A DNA stretch of 64,000 nt from Candidatus Krumholzibacteriota bacterium (GTDB lineage: Bacteria; Krumholzibacteriota; Krumholzibacteriia; JAJRXK01): the NCBI GenBank assembly GCA_963764625.1, contig CAVXTH010000006.1, positions 830,048 to 894,047 of the forward strand, in the 5' to 3' direction. Made by a program: the position numbers and the translations under genes. Below the pieces are notes generated by a model, which worked only from the letters and a program-made list of their open reading frames with translations, made no database searches and had not been told where the DNA came from. How positions within the stretch are numbered: position 1 is the first letter of the stretch; the number at the start of each line of letters is the position of its first letter. Positions 8,329-18,164 of the stretch are shown piece by piece.

Positions 8329-9456
8329 ATGCGACGCACCGTACCCCTCTTCTTGGCGCTCCTTGCCATCCTGCCGTTCGGCGGCACTTTCGGCTGCTCG
8401 CCTGGAGGCTCTCCCTCCCTCCCCAAGCGCGAGACCGGCCATCCGATCCTGCTGATCCACGCGCAAAAGAGCGGAAACGAGGAAGCGAAAAACGACCGGG
8501 TCTGGGCGGAAACCCTCGAGTCCACATTCGGAGGCTGCGACCTCTGGGGATCCGCGCGCTTCGCCGCCTCGGTGAAACACGACTCCCTCTCCAATCGCCT
8601 CCTCGTCGTCTTCACCCACGCCGCCCTGAGCGAACTGGATACCCTGACGATTGAAAGAGTCAACGAGTACGTGAAACGGGGCGGCATCGCGTTCCTGGAC
8701 ACTCCGCCAGAACCCTGGGCCACGGCGGCCGGTCTCAGGGCCGTGTTCACTCGTGAACGCGAGGAGCTGCCCTGGCCCCAGGCGCTCAGCTGGCACACCG
8801 GCGCACCGAATTCCTCCAACTGGAACACCGCGGAATCGAGCGAAGGAGCCCTCCCGGGCTCGCTGCCGCCGGCTCCCCTTCGCTTCACTCAACTGGGATT
8901 CCGCCCCGCGAGCTACGGCCTGCGGTCGGTGGGCAGTCCATTCGGAATGTCCTCGATCTGGTGGACGAGTCGGGGAAAAGGGGGGTGGATCAGCGAGGCC
9001 CTGTGTCTACCGTGCCTCTTGCAGGCGCTCGCGCGCGACTCCTCCCTCTCGGAGATTCGCCGCGCGCAGTGGCGTGCGGCCATCGTCCACGCGCTACTGG
9101 CCCCCGACATCTTCCCCCTGCCGATTCCGCACGTAGGGGACTCGCCCTTCTCGCCACCGCCCACCGCCGATCGACTGGAAGAGTGGCGGGCCCTTCGCAT
9201 GGGGGTCCATCTCGCTCCCACCTGGCAAGCGCCGCGCACTCTTCACCTGAGAGTCAGCGTTCCCTCGCAGAATTTCACCGCCGCGGTCGCGGTGCCGCTG
9301 CGTTGGCGAGGACGGAGCCTGAGCGACTGGACGAGCTCGTGGTCCAAGACCCAGAGCAAGAGCGCGCAGCACGGAGGGCAGGACTGGCGCCTCTTCTCCG
9401 TACCGGCCGGCGAGTCCACCCTCGACCTGCGCTACAGCCCGACCCGCTGGCGATGA
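8329..9456 (+). CDS. Hypothetical exported protein / lipoprotein
   Basis: Signal peptide ending TFGC; segment VNEYVKRGGIAFLD resembles GATase-like folds; fills the gap between neighbouring genes. Confidence 0.65.
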   Translation: MRRTVPLFLALLAILPFGGTFGCSPGGSPSLPKRETGHPILLIHAQKSGNEEAKNDRVWAETLESTFGGCDLWGSARFAASVKHDSLSNRLLVVFTHAALSELDTLTIERVNEYVKRGGIAFLDTPPEPWATAAGLRAVFTREREELPWPQALSWHTGAPNSSNWNTAESSEGALPGSLPPAPLRFTQLGFRPASYGLRSVGSPFGMSSIWWTSRGKGGWISEALCLPCLLQALARDSSLSEIRRAQWRAAIVHALLAPDIFPLPIPHVGDSPFSPPPTADRLEEWRALRMGVHLAPTWQAPRTLHLRVSVPSQNFTAAVAVPLRWRGRSLSDWTSSWSKTQSKSAQHGGQDWRLFSVPAGESTLDLRYSPTRWR

Positions 9457-9604
9457 ACGCAGCCGGCGAGCCGGTTTCAGCGGACGCGGAAGGGAATCTC
9501 GCGGTGAGCGACAATCGAGGCACTCTTTGCTATTCTAGAGAGCTTCGAGTCGAGAGCCCTCGAGCTTCCTCTCGACGAACGACCCTTTGCGCCAAGGTAG
9601 TAGA

Positions 9605-10630
9605 GTGCCCGATTCCAACATCATCACCATCGAACGGCACATCCAAGATGTGCAGTCCCAACACCCCCACGCTCGCGGAGAATTCTCGGGCCTTCTGCGC
9701 GACATCGCCTTCGCTTCGAAGATCATCGCTCATCACGTCAACCGAGCGGGTCTGGTCGACATCCTAGGCGCTACCGGAAAGCGAAACATCCAGGGAGAGA
9801 GCGTCCAGAAACTGGATCTCTACGCGCACGAAGTCATGGCGCGCATCGTCGGCCGCGGCGGGCGCGTCTGCCTCATGGCCAGCGAGGAGAAAGAGGACCC
9901 CATCCCGGTGGAGAACGACAATCTGACCGGCGACTACGTCCTGCTCTTCGATCCCCTCGATGGTTCGAGCAACATCGACGTGAACGTCTCGATCGGCACG
10001 ATCTTCTCGGTTTTGCGGCGCGTGAGTCCGAAGGGTCCGGTGCAGTCGGAGGATCTGCTCCAGCCCGGATACAAACAGTATGCCGCGGGCTACGTGATCT
10101 ACGGCAGCAGCACCATGTTCGTGTACTCGGCGGGGCACGGGGTGCACGGCTTCACCCTCGATCCGACGGTGGGCGAGTTCCTTCTCTCCCACGAGAACAT
10201 CACCACGCCCGCGCGGGCCACGGTCTACAGCACGAACGAAGGTCACGCCGAACGCTGGGATCCCACGGTTGCGCAGATCGTGAATCGATACAAGACAGGG
10301 AGCGCGGAGCGGCCCCCGCTCACCGCGCGCTACATCGGCAGTCTAGTCTCGGATTTCCACCGCAATCTTCTGCGCGGAGGGGTCTTTCTCTACCCGGCCC
10401 TGAGCGGCCCGGACGGCGAGAGTCCTCGCCCGAAGCTCCGCCTCATGTACGAGGCGAATCCTCTGGCCTTCGTGGTCGAGCAGGCCGGGGGTTACGCGAG
10501 CAATGGCGAGGCTCCCATTCTGCGGATTCAGCCGGAGAGCTTGCACCAGCGAGTCCCCTTGTTCCTGGGCTGCAAAGAAGACGTACAGCGGATCGAATCG
10601 GATTATAAGACCATGAGCCGGGCTCGATGA
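9605..10630 (+). CDS. fbp: Class 1 fructose-1,6-bisphosphatase
   Basis: NIQGESVQKLD, FDPLDGSSNIDVNVSIGTIF, RYIGSLVSDFHRNLLRGG, KLRLMYEANP. Confidence 0.96.
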   Translation: MPDSNIITIERHIQDVQSQHPHARGEFSGLLRDIAFASKIIAHHVNRAGLVDILGATGKRNIQGESVQKLDLYAHEVMARIVGRGGRVCLMASEEKEDPIPVENDNLTGDYVLLFDPLDGSSNIDVNVSIGTIFSVLRRVSPKGPVQSEDLLQPGYKQYAAGYVIYGSSTMFVYSAGHGVHGFTLDPTVGEFLLSHENITTPARATVYSTNEGHAERWDPTVAQIVNRYKTGSAERPPLTARYIGSLVSDFHRNLLRGGVFLYPALSGPDGESPRPKLRLMYEANPLAFVVEQAGGYASNGEAPILRIQPESLHQRVPLFLGCKEDVQRIESDYKTMSRAR

Positions 10631-10682
10631 TTCCTACTGCTGCGCCCCGGTGCCAACAATCTTCGTCTCAAGAGGAAGCGCG

Positions 10683-12872
10683 ATGAATGGATCTCGGTTG
10701 TCCCGTAGCTTGTCGACCCTTCCCCTGCTCTTCGGCTTGTTCGCTCTGCTTCTCTGCGCACGCGCGCACGCGGTGAGAGCGCAGGATTCCACGCACCCGA
10801 GGATCATCGTTCTGGGCTTCGACGGAGTCGATCCGGACCGGTGCCGCCAGTACTTTCAGGAGAACGACCTCCCCCATCTCTTGAGGCTCTCGCAAGAGGG
10901 AACTTTCTCCGACCTGAAGACCACCTATCCGGCGCAATCTCCGGTGAGCTGGGCCACCTTCGTGACCGGGCAGAATCCGGGCTATCACGGCATCTTCGAC
11001 TTCCTCTACCGCGTACCCTTCACTTACACCCCGGACATCGCGCTGGCGAAACGCACCACCGAGCCCTTGATGCCCTCCAAGAGCCGACGCGGCCTTTTGA
11101 CCGCGGCGGCGGGAATCATCGCGCTCTTCTTCGTATTCGGAGTCCTCCGTCTCTTCCGGGCCTCCCCGAAGTTGGCCCTGATCGTCGCGGTACTTCTCGC
11201 TCTCCCCGCGTGGGGCGTGGGTTATCTGGCTTTCTTCCGCTGGTTGCCCTATGAACTGCCGCGTCCGGAAAATCGACGCACCGGAACGCCGTTTTGGGAG
11301 TACGCCGCGGCCAGTGGCCTGCGGTGCAAACTGATCGACATTCCCATGACCTTCCCCGCCAAGCAAGTGGACGGAGTCCATCTGACCACCGGCTTGGGGA
11401 CGCCCGACGCGCGCGCCACCTGGGGCCTCTTCGGTCTCTATTCCACCAAGACCTTTCAGACCAAAGCCACCGAGACCGGAGGCGTTCTCACCACCGTCCA
11501 CTGGAACGACAACCACGCGAGCGCCGCGATCCTCGGTCCGACCCTGGTTCCCAGCCAAGGGGACGCCAGTGTTCCCATGGAACTCACTCGGGAGGATGAC
11601 GGGGCGGTGAAATTAGAAGTCGGCGGGCAGAAGATTCAGCTTCACGTCGGAGAATGGAGCGACTTCGTAACGCTCAGCTTCCAGGCCAATCCGCTTCTGA
11701 AGATGATGGCGAGCACGCGCTTCAAGTTGCTCGAACTCGAGCCGGACTTGAGGCTTTACCAAGAGCCGCTCAATTTCCTCCCCTGTCACCTGCCGCCCAC
11801 CGTCAACATCTCGGACCCGCGCGATTGGGCCTGCGAGCTGGCCCACGAATACGGACCGAGGGAAACGGTCGGCTGGTCGATCGCCACGAATCCGCTCCGG
11901 GACGATGTCATCGACATTCCCACTTTCCTGGAAGATCTGGATTTCACCCTCGAGAATCGCAAGCGCGTGGTCATGGGAGAGCTCGCCAAGAAAGACTGGG
12001 ACCTCTTCGTCGGCGTCTTTCTCTCAACCGATCGCATGCAGCACATGATGTACCGCTTCATCGACCCCGGGCACCCCAACTACGATCCCGTGTTGGCCAA
12101 GCTCTACGGCGGACAGATCCTCGCGATCTACCAGAAGATGGATGCGATCGTGGGCGAGGTCATGGATCGTTACCTCGATGGCAACACCATCCTCATGGTG
12201 GTCAGCGACCACGGTTTCCATTCCTTCCGCTATGGGGTGAACTTGAACACCTGGTTGGCAAAGAATGGTTTCATGACTCTCAAGGGGAACCCCAACACGC
12301 CAGATGAACACAAGAAGCTGGACGATCTCTTCGATCCCGAAGGCAGCTTCTTCAAGAACGTGGACTGGCCGAAGACGAAGGCCTATTCCATCGGGCTCGG
12401 CAGCATCTACGTCAATCTCCAGCTGCGGGAACCCCAAGGTTCGGTGAGCGCGAGCGAGTACGATCAGGTCCGGCAGGGAATCATCGACGGGCTGAAGCAG
12501 TTGAGGGATCCGCGCTTTCCCGACACTCCGGTGGTGCTCGACGTGGTGCGTCGCGATTCGGTGTTTCACGGGCCGCGTTTTCTAGAGGCGCCCGATCTTC
12601 TGGTGTGTTTCAATGAGAACTACCGGGTGTCCTGGCAAACCGCACTCGGCGGCTTGCCGCCCGACGTGATCGAGAACAACATGGACAACTGGAGCGGAGA
12701 TCACTGCAGCTTCGATCCCCGCATCACCGCCGGCATTTTCTTCTGCAGCCGCAAACTTCCCGACAAGGCGCGCTCGATCCAGGACATCGGGCCGACGGTT
12801 CTACGCTATTTGGGGGTTCCCCTTCCCGGCAATTTCGACGGAAAGCCGCTGCAACTCGCCGACACTCCCTGA
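10683..12872 (+). CDS. Alkaline phosphatase superfamily / nucleotide pyrophosphatase-phosphodiesterase with internal transmembrane hairpin
   Basis: Signal peptide, LGFDGVD, QSPVSWATFVTGQNPGYHGIFDF, TDRMQH, VSDHGF, SGDH. Confidence 0.88.
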   Translation: MNGSRLSRSLSTLPLLFGLFALLLCARAHAVRAQDSTHPRIIVLGFDGVDPDRCRQYFQENDLPHLLRLSQEGTFSDLKTTYPAQSPVSWATFVTGQNPGYHGIFDFLYRVPFTYTPDIALAKRTTEPLMPSKSRRGLLTAAAGIIALFFVFGVLRLFRASPKLALIVAVLLALPAWGVGYLAFFRWLPYELPRPENRRTGTPFWEYAAASGLRCKLIDIPMTFPAKQVDGVHLTTGLGTPDARATWGLFGLYSTKTFQTKATETGGVLTTVHWNDNHASAAILGPTLVPSQGDASVPMELTREDDGAVKLEVGGQKIQLHVGEWSDFVTLSFQANPLLKMMASTRFKLLELEPDLRLYQEPLNFLPCHLPPTVNISDPRDWACELAHEYGPRETVGWSIATNPLRDDVIDIPTFLEDLDFTLENRKRVVMGELAKKDWDLFVGVFLSTDRMQHMMYRFIDPGHPNYDPVLAKLYGGQILAIYQKMDAIVGEVMDRYLDGNTILMVVSDHGFHSFRYGVNLNTWLAKNGFMTLKGNPNTPDEHKKLDDLFDPEGSFFKNVDWPKTKAYSIGLGSIYVNLQLREPQGSVSASEYDQVRQGIIDGLKQLRDPRFPDTPVVLDVVRRDSVFHGPRFLEAPDLLVCFNENYRVSWQTALGGLPPDVIENNMDNWSGDHCSFDPRITAGIFFCSRKLPDKARSIQDIGPTVLRYLGVPLPGNFDGKPLQLADTP

Positions 12873-12894
12873 ACTCGCATTGCTTCGTTTCGGC

Positions 12895-14461
12895 TCAGGG
12901 TTGGGTGGAAAACTGGTACCACCGCAAATCGGTGCCGTTGGGAATGTGCGCGATGAGGCGCGCCATGCGAACCTCTTCGGGATAGGGAATGAGCGGGGAG
13001 GTCGAGTTCACCCCGGCCGACATCACGTGATCGCTGTTGGGCGAATGCGTCATCCACAACACGTGACCCAGCTCGTGCACCAGGATGCGATCCAGGAGTC
13101 CCGCGGTCTCCTGTTCGTAGACCTTGACCACGACCAGTTGGGGGATGCACTGGAAGAGGCAGTACTTGTCAGGGGGATCCACCATCCTCACCTCGCCGAG
13201 TATCCCCCCTCCTGACTGCCCACTCACGTAAACATTGAAATCCGCCCCGTACTCCGGCTTGCCCACCACCGGTAGTCAGAAGTTCCTCGCCGGCCTCGTC
13301 GTTCCAGGTCTGGATCGCGGTCTGCATGGCGGTGGTCACGCTCTGTCCCGCGATGGTGGAGGCCGAATCGGCGTCGACGCGCACCGGGATGGGGTAGCTC
13401 TCCCATCGCCGCAAAATCGGTGGGCTCGCGCCGTCCTTCACTTTGGACGCCATGATGTAGAGAAAATCGAGACTGTTGATGAAAGTGTCCCTGGGACTGG
13501 TGATGAAGACCTGGGGCAGGGGCTTGAAGAGAAGCGCATCGAACTCCTGATCTTGGAGCTCGAGCGAGTCACTGACCACCCAGTAGTACGAGTAGGCCTC
13601 CAGAGGTCGGGTGGGCTTCAGCGTCAGTCGGTGACGGGACAGATCGGGGATGTCGCCGATCACGTACCTCCCGTCGCTTCCGCTGAGTGCCTGATACTGG
13701 CCCACCTGAGCCAGTACTTCGGGAAAGCCCTCGACTCCTCCCCCGTCTTTGAGTCGCGTCACGCGTCCTTCCACCTTGTAATGCCCGGTGCTCAGGCTCG
13801 TGCTCTCGCGGCTGAGCGTCGATCTACGTCCCAGGATGTCGACCACCTGAACTCTCATGTAGTACTGGGTCTTCTCGATCAAATCCGTCAGGAGGTGACT
13901 CTGCACGATGATGGTGGAATCCTGGGCAACGCTCGCGAAATCCAATCCCTCCAGATTGTCCTCGGTGATGGGTGCGGTCGAATAAAAGAGGCGGTAATGG
14001 TGGATGAGCTCGGTTCCGGTCCCCGGCCTCACCCAACTCGTCGCGATACTCCCGGGCAGCGCGCCCCGGCTGGCTTGCATGAGAGCAACCGGAGCCGGGG
14101 GACTGGTGTTCGCGTCGCTCACCGTCAGCATCCAGCGCGCCACGATGGGAGCATCCACCGGCGGCAGAACGACCTTGATCTCGACTTGGCCGATGCGGTC
14201 CGCACGCCAGGCGAACGAGCTACCGGTGGCCACGGAGTCCTCGTCGAGATAGAAGACACCCAAGGCGGGAGTGCCGTCCTTGCGCGTGATCTTGACTTTG
14301 AAGGTATCGAGGGCGTCGATACTGACCGCACCGGGCACCGGGTCGAAATGGTACGCCTGGTTCGCGCCGGGATCGGTGGGAGAAGACGAGTTGGAGCACG
14401 CAAAGAGGAGCAGCGCGGCTGAAAGGCCCAGAGTCAGGCTCAGAACCCCATTGTGTCGCAT
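12895..14461 (-). CDS. Lipoprotein with FN3-like domain and C-terminal metzincin (matrixin-like) protease domain; +1 frameshift near 13273
   Basis: Lipobox LLFAC. RRWESYPIPV..AIQTWN continues, after removing one base, into HELGHVLWMTH and a Met-turn (HVMS). Confidence 0.75.
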
Positions 14462-14541
14462 CGCCCCGGTGCACCTCGAACAGGAGTGGAAAGACGCGGA
14501 ATCTCCGTGATCAACAACTTAGGAATGCCCCAGCCAGGGTG

Positions 14542-16161
14542 TCAACGCCGCCCGTGTAGCAGAGAAGGGGCCAGCCACCACTTCTCGATCCCGTAGAAGG
14601 GTGAGAGGTTGTTGGGCGTGCAGTCTTGGAACGCGGTCTGGATGCCCACCAAGGCGTCGTAGTAGTAGAGCATGGTCCAGGGTTGCTCCTTGGCGCAGAG
14701 CTCCTGGAAGCGGTACCAGATGACCCGCGCCGCGTCAGTGTCCATCTCCGCCAGTCCCTGCTCCACCAGCTCGTCCATTTCGGGGTTGGAATAGCCGCCG
14801 TAGTTGACCGCCCCCCCGGTGCAGACCAGCATCGTGGGGTCCACGGACATGCGGCTTCCGAAATGGCCGTAGTACACGTCGTAGCGCCCGGCGCGTACTT
14901 CGGACAGCGCAGCCGAATACTCCATCAGGCGGAGTTTCACCCGGATCCCAATCCGCGACAGATTCTCCTGCAGGATGAGGGCTCCGTTCTCGCGCACCGG
15001 GTCCCCCGTCCTCGTCGTAATCTCGATTTGGAAGGGCTTGCCGTCCTTCTCCACCACTCCGTCGCCGTCGGTGTCGGCAAATCCCGCCTCCTGAAGCAGG
15101 CGAGCCGAGAGCGCGGGGTCGTACGCGTCGGGCGCCAGATTGGCGTCGTGCGCCCAGGCCAGGGCGGGAACGATGATGGAGGCGGCCGGTTGGGCTCGCC
15201 CGAACATCAGGTTCTCGGTGAAGGCCCTGCGATCGATCCCGTGCGAAATGGCGCGTCGAACCCTGGCGTCGCTTAAGAACGGCCGCCGCACGTTATAATT
15301 CAGATAGCCGAACATCCGGCCCGAGATGGGGTAGATCTTGATCCAGGGGGTGCTCTTCCTCAGCCGTCCTTCGTCCTTGGGCGCGATGTTTTCCACCATG
15401 TCCACTTCGCCGGCTTCCAGGCGCAGGAGCCTTACGGCCTGTTCGGGCGTGAACTCGAAGATGATCTCGTCGAGATAGGGCTTGGGACCGAAGTAGTGAG
15501 GATTGCGCTCGAGCACGATGCGCGTGCCCGCCTCCCAACTCTTCAGTTGGTAGGGGCCCAGGCCGATCGGATGGCGATTGATCGGCCAGCTCTGCACCTG
15601 GTTAGGATCGAGACGGTCGACGACGTGAGCCGGAAACAAACTCAGATTCGCGTTGAAGAGCTGGTCGCGGTTGCGGTGGGTGAAGCGCACCTCCACCGTC
15701 TGACTGTCCAGCGCGGTGAAGGACTCGATGTCGTTGAAATTGCTCCGGCGCGAAGAGGAGATCCGAGGATCGACGTACAACTCGTAGCTGCGCTGCACGT
15801 CGTAGGCGCTGAAATCCTCGCCATCACTCCATTGGACCCCCTTGCGCAAGTGGAAGGTCAGCGTGAGCCCGTCCTGGGACCAGGTCCACGACTGAGCCAG
15901 ATCGGGTTCCCACTCCAACCGTTCGTTCATGCTCACCAGCCCGTCGTTCACCAGGGCGAGAATGCGGCTGCTGTAGCCACTGGTGGTGATGAGACTGTTG
16001 AGCACGTCCGGTTCGGAACCCGCGGCGACGCGCAAGCTTCCACCGTACACCGGTTCGGCCGGGATCGCCGGCGTTGAAGCCTTGTGCGATTCACTCTGAC
16101 ACGCCGGCAGCAAAAGGAGCAATCCGGTGAGCAGAAGGCTGAGATTCCGATTCCACGACAT
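14542..16161 (-). CDS. Peptide/nickel ABC transporter substrate-binding lipoprotein (family 5, OppA/AppA-like)
   Basis: Lipobox LLPAC; PDLAQSW..DGLTLTFHLRKGVQWSDG, GLGPYQL, DARVRRAI. Start set at MSWNRNL. Confidence 0.92.
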   Translation of the reverse strand: MSWNRNLSLLLTGLLLLLPACQSESHKASTPAIPAEPVYGGSLRVAAGSEPDVLNSLITTSGYSSRILALVNDGLVSMNERLEWEPDLAQSWTWSQDGLTLTFHLRKGVQWSDGEDFSAYDVQRSYELYVDPRISSSRRSNFNDIESFTALDSQTVEVRFTHRNRDQLFNANLSLFPAHVVDRLDPNQVQSWPINRHPIGLGPYQLKSWEAGTRIVLERNPHYFGPKPYLDEIIFEFTPEQAVRLLRLEAGEVDMVENIAPKDEGRLRKSTPWIKIYPISGRMFGYLNYNVRRPFLSDARVRRAISHGIDRRAFTENLMFGRAQPAASIIVPALAWAHDANLAPDAYDPALSARLLQEAGFADTDGDGVVEKDGKPFQIEITTRTGDPVRENGALILQENLSRIGIRVKLRLMEYSAALSEVRAGRYDVYYGHFGSRMSVDPTMLVCTGGAVNYGGYSNPEMDELVEQGLAEMDTDAARVIWYRFQELCAKEQPWTMLYYYDALVGIQTAFQDCTPNNLSPFYGIEKWWLAPSLLHGRR

Positions 16162-16283
16162 CGCGGGCCTCGAACGCTGGAGCTTCAAGCGGTGGGTCCA
16201 TTCGGGCGGACACCACGGCGAATGTAACGCGTGCATGGCGTCATCGTCCATCCCTTCCCCAAATCGCGAGGCTCCCCACCGTC

Positions 16284-17171
16284 TCACGAAGCCGCGCTTT
16301 TTTCCCCGTTCTGGAATTCGTCCCCCGCGAGACGGTCCCCATTGCGCTCCTCGTCGACATTCTTCATGCGTACAAAGAGGGAGATGACGGCCACCGTCAA
16401 ACCGAACAGGCATACGATGGTGGCTCCCATCGGCCAGTCCTTTTGGTAGGACAGAAGCGATCCCAGAATCGAGACCACGAACGCGAGGGCCCAGGCCCAG
16501 TACAGCCGCGCCGCTCCCCTCTTTCCGAGAAGGGTGGAACAGACCAGGGGCACGATCAGATACGAAAACACGGCCAGCACACCGGAGACTTTCACCGAGC
16601 TGGTGACCACCAGTCCGAACGAAGCGTAGAACAGGAAGTCCCACTTCTTCACCGAAAGTCCCATCTGTCGCGCTTTCTTGTGATCCTGAGAGCACGCCAT
16701 GAGTTGGCGGCGACTCAGGTACAGGAATGCGCCCACGATGGAGTAGAGCACCGCCATGATCAGGATGTCTTTCCAGGTGACCCAGCCCAGTGCCTCGCCA
16801 CTGAGAGCGCCGCGCACGTGCTCGGCTCCGTGGGGCGCGTTCGACAGGAGCACCAGATTGGCCGCAGTGGCCAGAGCGAAGGAGATTCCGATGAACGCCT
16901 CCTGCAGCACCGAGTGATTGCGGTCCCAGAGAAAACTGAACAACGCCGCCCCGCAAAGGGTGAAGCCGAACGACCAAAAGTACATGCTCGGATCGTGCGG
17001 GTCGGCGCCCAGGAGGAAGGCGACGCTTCCTCCCAGGGCCGCGATCTGCGCCAGAGCGAGATCGACGAAGATCACTCCCCGAGCCAGCACGTGCTGGCCC
17101 AGGGAGGGATGAATCAAGACCAGAAGCAGGCATGCCAACATCGGCAGCGCCATGACGTGCAGAAATTCCAT
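16284..17171 (-). CDS. Metal ABC transporter permease (ZnuB/MntB-like)
   Basis: HVLARGVIFVDLALAQIAALG, VVTSSVKVSGVLAVFSYLIVP; multiple TM helices. Confidence 0.9.
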   Translation of the reverse strand: MEFLHVMALPMLACLLLVLIHPSLGQHVLARGVIFVDLALAQIAALGGSVAFLLGADPHDPSMYFWSFGFTLCGAALFSFLWDRNHSVLQEAFIGISFALATAANLVLLSNAPHGAEHVRGALSGEALGWVTWKDILIMAVLYSIVGAFLYLSRRQLMACSQDHKKARQMGLSVKKWDFLFYASFGLVVTSSVKVSGVLAVFSYLIVPLVCSTLLGKRGAARLYWAWALAFVVSILGSLLSYQKDWPMGATIVCLFGLTVAVISLFVRMKNVDEERNGDRLAGDEFQNGEKSAAS

Positions 17172-17183
17172 TGGCCAACTACC

Positions 17184-18107
17184 TCACTTCTCGGACAGAG
17201 CCGTGGCGATCGAGGAGACGAGTACATCGAATTTGGAGAAGACGTCGTCGGTGTCAGGAAGACCGCCGGCTTCGGTGGCGATCTCAAGAGCAGTGCCACC
17301 GGCCCGCTTCGCGACCTCGTTGCACGCGTCGGCGTTGTAGTAGGGCTGATAGAGCACCAGCTTGACCCCCTCGGCCCTCATCGCCTTGGTCAGATCGGCC
17401 ACGTGATGAGGTGAAGGTGGAATGCCCGGCTTGGGTTCGACGTTTTCGAAGATCTTCAGACCGAAGCGCGTGGCAAAGTAGATGAAGTTCTTGTGGTAGG
17501 TCACGACCTCGGCGCCCTTATAGGGTTCCATCTCCTTCTCCCACTTCGCCAGCGAGGCCTCCATTCTCTCCTTGAAGGCCTTGGCGTTGGCGGCGTAGTC
17601 GTCCGCGTTGGCGGGATCGAGGCGCGAGAACACCTCTGCCAAATGGTCGGCGACGATCTCCAGATTTTTTGGATCGGCGTAGTAGTGGGGATTCCCCAGT
17701 GGATGCACGTCTCCCTCGCCGCGGCTCACGGTGCCGGTGGGTTTTTCCAGCACGGGAACGCCTTCCGAAGCGTCCACGAAGCCCTCTTGGCCCGGCTGGA
17801 TCTTGGGGTTGCGGCTCCCCGGCAAGACGAGCGGCAGCCAGCCGATGTCCAGCTCCAGTCCGGTCGACACGTACACGTCGGCGTGCTGGATGGCCTTCAT
17901 CAGGCTCGGCTTGGCCGGGACGTAGTGGGGATCCTGGTAGCCCTTGCACAGACTCTTGGCCTCCACGTGCTCGCCGCCCACGAAACGGGCGACCGACGCG
18001 AGGTCGGTCAGGGAGGTAGCCACTTTGAGCTTGTGTTCGGCCCGCGCTGGCTGGACCACGAGCAGGCTCAGGCTCAGTAGGGTCAGGGTTCGAAACAGCG
18101 ATTTCAT
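17184..18107 (-). CDS. Metal ABC transporter substrate-binding protein (ZnuA/TroA family)
   Basis: QDPHY, GDVHPLGNPHYY, VVTYH, EPKPGIPPS. Confidence 0.93.
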   Translation of the reverse strand: MKSLFRTLTLLSLSLLVVQPARAEHKLKVATSLTDLASVARFVGGEHVEAKSLCKGYQDPHYVPAKPSLMKAIQHADVYVSTGLELDIGWLPLVLPGSRNPKIQPGQEGFVDASEGVPVLEKPTGTVSRGEGDVHPLGNPHYYADPKNLEIVADHLAEVFSRLDPANADDYAANAKAFKERMEASLAKWEKEMEPYKGAEVVTYHKNFIYFATRFGLKIFENVEPKPGIPPSPHHVADLTKAMRAEGVKLVLYQPYYNADACNEVAKRAGGTALEIATEAGGLPDTDDVFSKFDVLVSSIATALSEK

Positions 18108-18164
18108 GAGTTCCTCCAGAGTGGGTTGTCGTTCAGGCCCGTAGCTCTCATTGCGCCCATCTCT

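Noticed and set aside
7521-9456. tRNA pair as an integration site for a genomic island
   Set aside because: No integrase, no duplicated tRNA 3' end noticed, and no compositional shift next to the tRNAs.
14542-17178. 878-aa ORF suggesting OppA with a large N-terminal extension
   Set aside because: The extension overlaps the permease gene in another frame. The real start is the lipoprotein signal at 16161.
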